Under the pieces are notes generated by a model, which saw only the letters and a list, made by a program, of their open reading frames with translations, did not search any database and was not told the DNA's origin. A DNA stretch of 38,875 nucleotides from a virus (Duplodnaviria > Caudoviricetes), in IMG/VR virus record IMGVR_UViG_3300019874_000014, positions 1 through 38,875 of that record; one strand, 5' to 3'. Positions within the stretch are counted from its first letter, which is position 1; each line of letters begins with the position of its first letter. Positions 16,036 to 23,254 of this stretch are shown here, piece after piece. Both the position numbers and the translations under genes were made by a program.

Positions 16036-17006
16036 GGATTCTAGTTACCGGAGGCTCCGGCTTCATCGGTTCGCACTTGTGCGACTACCTGGTCGAGCGA
16101 GGGCACCACGTTACGTGCCTGGACAACCTGTTCACGTCGAGCCGAGAGAACGTGGCTCACCTGCTCGCGTCCCCGCTGTTCGAGTTCGTGCGCGGCGACG
16201 TGTGTCAGCCGTTCCACTTCGAGGTGGACCAAGTCTACCACCTGGCTTGCCCAGCCTCGCCCGTGCATTACCAGCGCAATCCAGTGCGCACGATTCAGAC
16301 GGCGGTCCTCGGGACCATGCACGCGCTCGAGCTCGCGCGGAACACGGGCGCACGGTTGCTCATCGCCAGCACGTCCGAGGTGTACGGTGACCCTTCGGTG
16401 CATCCTCAGCCGGAGCGCTACAACGGCAACGTGAGCTGCATTGGTCCTCGCGCCTGCTACGACGAGGGGAAGCGGTGCGGCGAGGCGCTCTCGGCATCCT
16501 GGCGGCAGCAGTACGGCACGGACGTTCGCGTCGCGCGGCTGTTCAATACGTACGGCCCCCGGATGGCTCGCTCGGACGGTCGCCTACTTCCGAACCTCAT
16601 CACGCAGGCCATCCGGGGCGATCGGCTCACGGTCTACGGCGACGGCAGCCAGACGCGCTCGTTCTGCTACGTGAGCGACACGGTGGCGGGACTTGTCGCG
16701 TTCATGAGCGCGCAACACCTCGGAGCCGACGCGGGCCTACCGGTAAACATCGGGAACCCGGACGAGCGCACAATCCTATCCGTGGCCGAGGACATCGCGC
16801 CGGGCCGCCCCATCGACTTCCGGCCGCTCCCTCAGGACGACCCCCGGCAGCGCTGCCCAGACATCTCCCTAGCAAAAAGGCTGCTCGGTTGGGCTCCCAT
16901 GGTCTCCTACCAAGACGGCTTGACGCGGACCATGGAATGGTTCAGAACTGAATTGCCCTCGCGTCGCTGCTACACGACCGAGGGCATGGCCCATCAGGAA
17001 AGGTGA
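16032..17006 (+). CDS. uxs: UDP-glucuronate decarboxylase (UDP-xylose synthase), extended SDR
   Basis: VTGGSGFIGSHL, HLACPASPVHYQ, STSEVYGDP..HPQPE, IGPRACYDEGKR (YxxxK), DDPRQRCPDI. Confidence 0.92.
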   Translation: MRILVTGGSGFIGSHLCDYLVERGHHVTCLDNLFTSSRENVAHLLASPLFEFVRGDVCQPFHFEVDQVYHLACPASPVHYQRNPVRTIQTAVLGTMHALELARNTGARLLIASTSEVYGDPSVHPQPERYNGNVSCIGPRACYDEGKRCGEALSASWRQQYGTDVRVARLFNTYGPRMARSDGRLLPNLITQAIRGDRLTVYGDGSQTRSFCYVSDTVAGLVAFMSAQHLGADAGLPVNIGNPDERTILSVAEDIAPGRPIDFRPLPQDDPRQRCPDISLAKRLLGWAPMVSYQDGLTRTMEWFRTELPSRRCYTTEGMAHQER

Positions 17007-17012
17007 TTCCCA

Positions 17013-17921
17013 ATGAACAAGTCAGAAGATAAGGCATCCGCACCCAAGAGTCACGTGATGCTCGCCTATCACGGCGATGCGGCTTTCCGTCGCCGCTTCC
17101 TTGCTGAGATCCGCAAGCATGAGAAGAACGACGCGATCATGCGCGGCACGTACGGCTCACTGGATGGTAAGGGCAACTGGCGCGGCTGCGCGGTTGGCTG
17201 CTCGCTGCGCTCGCTCAACCGCCTCGCCGACAAGCCACGAGGCAAAACGTCGGAGCACAGTCGTTACCCGAAAGAGCTGGGCATCCCCGTCGAGCTCGCG
17301 CACCTAGAAGACCGACTATTCGAGGGGATGCCAGCCGATCTCGCGTCCGGCTGGCCCATGCGGTTCTCATCCGCCATACGGACCAGCGCCGACCTGTCGC
17401 TCGTGTGGGATCGGTTTTCCGTGTGGCTATTGGTGGATGAGAAAGACGGCGTGATTCGGTTCGCAAATAACCACCGGACTCGCGACGCGATACGCGGGGT
17501 CGCCGCGCTCTTCGAGCGGCGGATCGCTGGGGAGACCGTGACTCGCGCCGAGTGGAGCGAGGCGCGGTCCTCCTCCTCCTCCTCCGCCTCCGCCGCCGCC
17601 GCCGCCGCCGCCGCCGCCGACGCCGACGCCGCCTCCGCCTCCGCCTACGCCTACGCCTACGCCTCCGCCGCCGCCGCCGCCGCCGACGCCGACGCCGCCT
17701 ACGCCTCCGCCTACGCCTACGCCTACGCCTCCGCCGCCGCCGCCGCCGCCGCCGACGCCGACGCCTACGCCGCCTACGCCTACGCCTCCGCCTCCGCCGC
17801 CGCCGCCGCCGCCGCCGACGCCGACGCCTACGCCTCCGCCGCGCGCTCACTCGCGTTCGCGCGCCAGGCCGAAAAACTGGAAGAGCTGCTCAGGGCAGCT
17901 CCGGTGCGGAGGGCGTCATGA
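17013..17921 (+). CDS. Hypothetical protein with GCAVGC motif and long Ala/Tyr/Asp/Ser low-complexity tract
   Basis: 302-aa ORF with AAGGTG SD; globular N-part, 91-codon repeat, amphipathic terminal helix; ATGA coupling downstream. Confidence 0.75.
   Translation: MNKSEDKASAPKSHVMLAYHGDAAFRRRFLAEIRKHEKNDAIMRGTYGSLDGKGNWRGCAVGCSLRSLNRLADKPRGKTSEHSRYPKELGIPVELAHLEDRLFEGMPADLASGWPMRFSSAIRTSADLSLVWDRFSVWLLVDEKDGVIRFANNHRTRDAIRGVAALFERRIAGETVTRAEWSEARSSSSSSASAAAAAAAAADADAASASAYAYAYASAAAAAADADAAYASAYAYAYASAAAAAAADADAYAAYAYASASAAAAAAADADAYASAARSLAFARQAEKLEELLRAAPVRRAS
17568..17840 (+). repeat. 273-nt degenerate trinucleotide repeat (only GCC/GAC/TCC/TAC triplets) with four higher-order units
   Basis: Read directly from sequence. 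Confidence 0.95.
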
Positions 17922-18133
17922 TTCGCGCAATTCTGGTCCTCGCGTTCGTCACTGGATGCGACGGAGGCACCCCGCTCAGCGGTGCCCCGGACTCTTCGGA
18001 GTCGGACGCCGGCCCTACCTGCATTCAGCAGGCGGATATCTGTCTCGCTGCGGCGCAGGTCAAGGCGGACGTCGGCGCGTGTCGCGCGGCATGGGAAGCC
18101 TGCGTCGCGCGTGAGACGGACGGTGGCCAATGA
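17918..18133 (+). CDS. Small Cys-rich lipoprotein
   Basis: MIRAILVLAFVTG-C lipobox; two Cx6C pairs; GGAGG SD; ATGA overlaps. Confidence 0.7.
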   Translation: MIRAILVLAFVTGCDGGTPLSGAPDSSESDAGPTCIQQADICLAAAQVKADVGACRAAWEACVARETDGGQ

Positions 18134-18312
18134 CCATCGTCGTCCCGCCCGTGCGAATCATCGAGGACGCGCGCTTTCTCATCGTTGAGAAGCCGCGCGG
18201 ATATGGCTTCCGTCGCGGCGCTCGGCACGCCCAGAAGCTCTTCGGGCTCGACCAGGAGGCGCAACGGAGAGCGCAGGTTGCGCGCATCAGGGCGTTGCGG
18301 GGCGGGCGGTGA
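18130..18312 (+). CDS. Small basic hypothetical protein
   Basis: ATGA and GTGA overlaps fill operon gap exactly. Confidence 0.55.
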   Translation: MTIVVPPVRIIEDARFLIVEKPRGYGFRRGARHAQKLFGLDQEAQRRAQVARIRALRGGR

Positions 18313-19430
18313 AACTAGCCTTTCTCTACGGCCCGTTCAGTCTCGGAAACCGCCCCGTCGACTACGCGAACCCATACACGTCGAAGCGTGGGCTCACCGG
18401 CTCCGAGCTGTCGTGCTTCGAGTTCGCTCAGGCCATGTCGCAGCGTGGCCACGATGTCGCCGTGTTCTGTCCAGGGGGCGGGTCTCCCTGGAACGGAACC
18501 GGTGTGCGGACGGTGCCGATTCGAGAGCTCACGCGCATCGACGCGGAATACGACGTTGCGTATTCATGGAATGAGCCGGACCTGCTTCGCCATGCGCACT
18601 CGCGGATCCGGATGGTGAATCAGCAACTCAACGACTTCTCGTACTGCCGCACTGGCTGGGAGCGGTTCGTGGATGTGCTCACGAGCCCGAGTCAGGTTCA
18701 CCTCGACTACCTGCGCGGACTTGTGGACATGAGCGGGATTCGTACCGTGGTGCTGCCGAACGGATGCGACCCGAGCCAGTACGACGGCGCAACGAAGCGC
18801 GTCTCGGGCCGCGTCATCTACGCGAGCTCTCCGGACCGTGGTCTGCATCTGCTGCTAGAGGCGTGGCCGAATATCCGGAAGCGCGTCCCGTGGGCGCATC
18901 TGCGCGTCTTCTACGAAATGGGTCCGTGGTTGCAGACGTTCCTCCATCAGGAAAACTTCGTCATCAACGGCGAGATGGAGACGGGGCTCGTGGAGACGGG
19001 CTACCGGGCGCGCTACATCGCTCGGTCGCTCGAGCTACTTCGTAGCGAAGGAGTGGAGGCGGTCGGCTCGGTCTCGCGCCGGGAGATGGCGCGAGAGATG
19101 AGCGAGGCGGAATGTCTGGCGTACCCGTGCGACACGATTCGGTTCACCGAGGGATTCAGCGTCTCGACGCTCGAGGGGTGCGCCTCGGGAGCGGTGCCGA
19201 TCGTGTCGGCGTGCGACGCGCTGGGTAGTATCTACGGCGAGCTCCCGACCATGGTGCCTGCGCCGATCCGAGACCATGGCTCGAGGTTCATCGACCAGAT
19301 CGAACTCGTGCTGCAGGATGATGTCTACCGGGCAGAGGCGCAGCGCATTGGGCGCTCGATTGCCGAGCGGCATCGGTGGGACGTGTTGGCGGAACGGCTG
19401 GAGGGTATCATCAATGATTCAGGAACGTAG
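18309..19430 (+). CDS. GT4-type (GT-B) glycosyltransferase
   Basis: GLTGSE, PNGCD, YASSPDRGL, EGFSVSTLEGCASG (Ex7E). Confidence 0.88.
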   Translation: MKLAFLYGPFSLGNRPVDYANPYTSKRGLTGSELSCFEFAQAMSQRGHDVAVFCPGGGSPWNGTGVRTVPIRELTRIDAEYDVAYSWNEPDLLRHAHSRIRMVNQQLNDFSYCRTGWERFVDVLTSPSQVHLDYLRGLVDMSGIRTVVLPNGCDPSQYDGATKRVSGRVIYASSPDRGLHLLLEAWPNIRKRVPWAHLRVFYEMGPWLQTFLHQENFVINGEMETGLVETGYRARYIARSLELLRSEGVEAVGSVSRREMAREMSEAECLAYPCDTIRFTEGFSVSTLEGCASGAVPIVSACDALGSIYGELPTMVPAPIRDHGSRFIDQIELVLQDDVYRAEAQRIGRSIAERHRWDVLAERLEGIINDSGT

Positions 19431-20130
19431 TTTTCGCGGCGCTCCGTACAAGATCGAGTGCACCGAGCTGGAGGGGTACCAGCACCCGTCGTGGTTTTCG
19501 TTCGACGACGAGGCCGACGTCCGCGATCGGGACTGGCTCATCCGCTCCGGCGACATCGTGCTCGACGTCGGCGCGGCCTACGGCTCGTATACGCTCACGG
19601 CGCTTGCCTCGGGTGCCGCTCGCGTCTATGCGTGGTCGCCGCAGGGTCCGCCCAATGAGCCGACAGAGGCCGAGATGCTCCGCCGGAGCCTCGCTCTCAA
19701 CGGTTGGACGGACCGCTGCACCATTTACGAGAATGGGGTCTACGACAAGAGCGGGTTCCTGAACGCCTCGACGCAGGACTTCAACGCCGCGGACTCGCCG
19801 CCGGCCGGGAACGACCCGGACGTCATCCGAGTGGAGTGCCTGGACGACTGGTGGGCTCGAAACCACATCTTCCGCGCCGATTGGATGAAGCTCGATGTAG
19901 AGGGGGCCGAGGTCGAGGTGCTGCGCGGTGCCAGGGCGCTCATCACGGAGCTCCAGCCGACGATCCTGGTCGAGAACCACCTTTTCAAGCGGGCCTCGCT
20001 CGGTGACGAGGTGCGTGGACTCCTGAGCCTGTACGGGTACAATCACGTTTGCACGCACCCGTACCACGCGATCAGCCACTCGGTTTTCAGGCCATGCAGC
20101 CCATCGCCCTCAGAATCAAGCGCCCGGTAG
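19414..20130 (+). CDS. FkbM-family SAM-dependent methyltransferase
   Basis: VLDVGAAYGSYT and MKLDVEGAEVEVLRGA..LI....P.ILVE; GGAGG SD before ATG 19414. Confidence 0.88.
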   Translation: MIQERSFRGAPYKIECTELEGYQHPSWFSFDDEADVRDRDWLIRSGDIVLDVGAAYGSYTLTALASGAARVYAWSPQGPPNEPTEAEMLRRSLALNGWTDRCTIYENGVYDKSGFLNASTQDFNAADSPPAGNDPDVIRVECLDDWWARNHIFRADWMKLDVEGAEVEVLRGARALITELQPTILVENHLFKRASLGDEVRGLLSLYGYNHVCTHPYHAISHSVFRPCSPSPSESSAR

Positions 20131-21650
20131 AGGCGGCATCGCGCGAGCCGGTGCTCTGCATCACGCCGCCGTCTGGCTTCCTGCTGGACGAGCGCGTGTT
20201 CATGTCGCTCGGCATCCTGAAGGTGGCCGCGTCGCTCGAGGCAGCGGGGCATCTCGTGGAGATGCTCGACTTGAGCGGGATTGAAAACTACGAGGAGGTT
20301 TCATGTCTCGCACTATCGCAGAGCGCGTGCGCGAACTCGACGAGTTCATTCGTAGCCGTTTCGGTTACTACGCCGCAGCTTCCGGCCGCCGTGCGGATAG
20401 CCGCCGCTTTGCGCTCAGTGAATCCGAGCGTGCGCATCATCGCGGGCGGGCCCCACGTGACGCTCGTTCACTCCGCGGTGAAGCTCGAGCGCAAGGCCGG
20501 GCGCATCGGCCGCGCGCACAGGGCGCTAGCCAAGCTCGAAAGCATCTTCGACGTACTGGTCAGCGGCGACGGAGAACGCGCGGTGTTCGAGGCGCTGAAC
20601 CCGAACGCGCCCAAGGTCATCGATGCCGACGTGCCGAGGGCCGGGCTCTTCATGGACAACGAGACCTATGAAGCAACCCCCTGGCCTGCGCGGCATCTCG
20701 TAGATGTGGCCTCCTACAAATACAGCATCGATGGGTTTCCCGCCACGAGCCTCATAGCTCAGCTCGGATGCCCGTTTGGCTGCGGCTTCTGTGGCGGCCG
20801 TAACAGCAACATGCTTCGGCGCATACGGACACGCAGTACGGAGTCCGTTGTAAACGAGATCGAACACCTCCACCGGACTCACGGATTCACCGGTTTCATG
20901 ATGTACGACGATGAGCTCAACGTGAACAAGGAGCTCGTCCCGCTCATGCGCGCCATCTCCGCGCTACAGAAGCGACTCGGCGTCGAGTTTCGCCTACGAG
21001 GGTTTGTGAAGAGCGAGCTTTTCACCACCGAACAAGCCGACGCCATGTACGAAGCCGGGTTCCGCTGGATACTTTGCGGCTTTGAGGCCGCGAGCCCGCG
21101 CATTCTGGAGAACATCAACAAGCGAGCGAAGCTCGAGGACAACGATCGCGTCATCGATACGGCACACCGTGTCGGGTTGAAGGTCAAGGCACTCATGAGC
21201 GTAGGGCACCCGGGGGAGAGCGAGGAGAGCATTCTCGCAGTCCGAGACTGGCTCATCTCCCGCAAGCCAGACGACTTCGACTGCACCACAATCACCACCT
21301 ACCCCGGGACGCCCTACTATGACGAAGCGATCGAGCACGACACGCAAAAAGACGTGTGGACCTACACGGCGAAGTCGGGCGACAAGCTGCACAGTCACGA
21401 TGTCGACTATACCGCGGTCGCGGACTTCTACAAAGGAGCCCCCGGCGGCGGGTACCACTCGTACGTCTTCACTGATCACCTCTCGGGCGAGGATATTGTT
21501 CGCCTGCGAGATCAGGTTGAAGGTGATTCAAGGAGGGCTCTCGGAATTGCTTTCAATCCTGGCGCGCCTGGCGTGAGATACGAGCACAGCATGGGGCAAG
21601 CGCCATTGCCGGAGTTCATCTTGCGCCGAACCCCCGATGCTCCTCCGTGA
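20094..21650 (+). CDS. Cobalamin-binding radical SAM enzyme (class B methyltransferase-like)
   Basis: N-terminal SLGILKVAASL...GGPHVT...GDGE B12-binding domain; GCPFGCGFC (CxxxCxxC); YDDE, GFEAAS, GHPGES, YPGTP; start uncertain. Confidence 0.9.
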   Translation: MQPIALRIKRPVEAASREPVLCITPPSGFLLDERVFMSLGILKVAASLEAAGHLVEMLDLSGIENYEEVSCLALSQSACANSTSSFVAVSVTTPQLPAAVRIAAALRSVNPSVRIIAGGPHVTLVHSAVKLERKAGRIGRAHRALAKLESIFDVLVSGDGERAVFEALNPNAPKVIDADVPRAGLFMDNETYEATPWPARHLVDVASYKYSIDGFPATSLIAQLGCPFGCGFCGGRNSNMLRRIRTRSTESVVNEIEHLHRTHGFTGFMMYDDELNVNKELVPLMRAISALQKRLGVEFRLRGFVKSELFTTEQADAMYEAGFRWILCGFEAASPRILENINKRAKLEDNDRVIDTAHRVGLKVKALMSVGHPGESEESILAVRDWLISRKPDDFDCTTITTYPGTPYYDEAIEHDTQKDVWTYTAKSGDKLHSHDVDYTAVADFYKGAPGGGYHSYVFTDHLSGEDIVRLRDQVEGDSRRALGIAFNPGAPGVRYEHSMGQAPLPEFILRRTPDAPP

Positions 21651-23226
21651 TGGCACCTTCCAGCCGCGCAAGCGCTCGATACTCACCCTCGAGACGGTCC
21701 TGTCGTCGCCCGACTACTTCGGACTCGAGACCATTAGCCCTCTCCAGCGCGCGATATGCCGCGCGCTCGACGGCCTGCCGCTCGGTCCGCTCGCCGAGGA
21801 TCCTGAAATCATCGCGGCGTTTGGCGGCGCTGAAGCACTGCTCCAGTTGCCCCAGGCGCGTCCGGCTGAATTCGTGCTCCTGGCGGGCATCCGGTGCGGC
21901 AAGAGCCTCCTGAGCGCCGCCGGCGCGGTCCGGGCGGCACTTACGTGCGACGTGTCGACGCTCACCGCTGGAGATATTCCGCGCGTGTCAGTCTTGAGCC
22001 TCTCGGTAGACACGGCGCGGGCCACGTGGAACCACGTCCGGGGCCACGTCGAGGCTAGCCCGGCGCTCCGGTCGCTCCTCGTGCGGGACCCAACGGCGGA
22101 CATGCTCGTGCTTCGGCATCCCTCGGGGCGACCCATCGAGATCCGAATCGTTGCCGGCTCCCGCGCGGCTGGTTCGCTCGTCGCCCGGTGGTCGGCCGGC
22201 AACATCTTCGATGAGGCGCCGCGCATGGTCGGGGCCGAGGACGGCGTGGTGAACATCGACGAAGCGCGGCAAGCCACGGTCGGGCGGCTTCTGCCCGGGG
22301 CGCAGAACCTACTCATCGGCTCGCCGTGGGCACCGTTCGGGCCGGTGTACGACCTGGTCTCGGAGTCGTTCGGGAAACCGACCCGGGGCCTCGTCATCGT
22401 GCGCGCGCCGGCCTACGCGATGAACCCGTCGCACTGGACGCCAGTACGCTGCGAAGACCTCCGCACGAAGAGCATCGATGCCTACAACACGGACGTCCTG
22501 TGCCAGTTCATGGATCCGGTTCAGGGGCTCTTCACGCTCGCCGAGCTCGAGGCGGCGAAACGTTCACTACCGCTCGAACTCGCCCCGGACCGACGATTCT
22601 CCTACGCGGCGGCCATGGACCCGGCCACGCGCGGCAACGGCTGGTCGCTGGTCGTCACCACGAACCTCGGCAAGGTAGACGGGCGCGACCGGTACGCCGT
22701 GGCGCTCACGCGGCACTGGACCGGCTCGAAGTCCGAACCGCTCTCCGCGCGCGTCGTCTTCCAGGAGATGGCCGAGATCCTCCGCCCCTACGGCGTCTCG
22801 AGCGTGCTCACGGACCAGTGGTCGATCGACACGCTGCGCATCATCGCCGGGGACTGCGGGCTCGGGCTCCAGGAGGTCACCATGACGGGCCCCCTACGGT
22901 ACGAGCTCTTCGACCGGGTCAAGGTGAAGCTGGTGGACGGAGCCCTGCAGCTCTCGCCCGACCCGACACTCATCCGCGACTTGGCCAGCACGCGGAAGGT
23001 CGTGACACAGCAATCCGTCTCGATTCAGCTCCACGACAGCGCGGACGGGCGCCATGCGGACTCGGCCATTGCCCTGGCTCTGGCGCTCTCTAGGTCCGTG
23101 ATGCTCCCCGCGCCCATCGAGCCAACCGGGGACGAGGCTCTCCGCGCGGAATCCGCCCGGGAGCGCGAGGAAGCCCGCAAAGAGGTGGAAAGGCGCGTAA
23201 ATGAGGGGTGGCGAGGGTATCGGTGA
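21637..23226 (+). CDS. terL: Terminase large subunit
   Basis: Walker A GIRCGKS, Walker B IFDEA, IGSP coupling motif, nuclease AMDPA, TDQ, terminal HADSAIALALA; precedes portal. Confidence 0.85.
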   Translation: MLLRDGTFQPRKRSILTLETVLSSPDYFGLETISPLQRAICRALDGLPLGPLAEDPEIIAAFGGAEALLQLPQARPAEFVLLAGIRCGKSLLSAAGAVRAALTCDVSTLTAGDIPRVSVLSLSVDTARATWNHVRGHVEASPALRSLLVRDPTADMLVLRHPSGRPIEIRIVAGSRAAGSLVARWSAGNIFDEAPRMVGAEDGVVNIDEARQATVGRLLPGAQNLLIGSPWAPFGPVYDLVSESFGKPTRGLVIVRAPAYAMNPSHWTPVRCEDLRTKSIDAYNTDVLCQFMDPVQGLFTLAELEAAKRSLPLELAPDRRFSYAAAMDPATRGNGWSLVVTTNLGKVDGRDRYAVALTRHWTGSKSEPLSARVVFQEMAEILRPYGVSSVLTDQWSIDTLRIIAGDCGLGLQEVTMTGPLRYELFDRVKVKLVDGALQLSPDPTLIRDLASTRKVVTQQSVSIQLHDSADGRHADSAIALALALSRSVMLPAPIEPTGDEALRAESAREREEARKEVERRVNEGWRGYR

Positions 23227-23238
23227 GATTCTGTCGAT
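23226..23238 (+). promoter_or_regulatory. AGATTCTGTCGAT motif, copy 1 (before portal)
   Basis: Identical 13-mer also before scaffold gene. Confidence 0.55.
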
Positions 23239-23254
23239 GCCCTGGCCCTGAGCG

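Noticed and set aside
17215-17850. Antisense ORF encoding a ~90-residue poly-Arg run
   Set aside because: Automatic consequence of the [G/T][C/A]C repeat on the + strand; opposes a coupled + operon and has no SD support
17552-17917. Arg/Leu-repeat N-terminal extension of ORF 17552..18133
   Set aside because: Alternate frame of the repeat; the real gene likely starts at ATG 17918 with SD, ATGA overlap and lipobox
13741-21650. Island as a DNA base hypermodification system
   Set aside because: No hydroxymethylase, TET/JBP, DNA methylase, nucleotide kinase or phage polymerase seen, and location is late; deprioritised, not excluded
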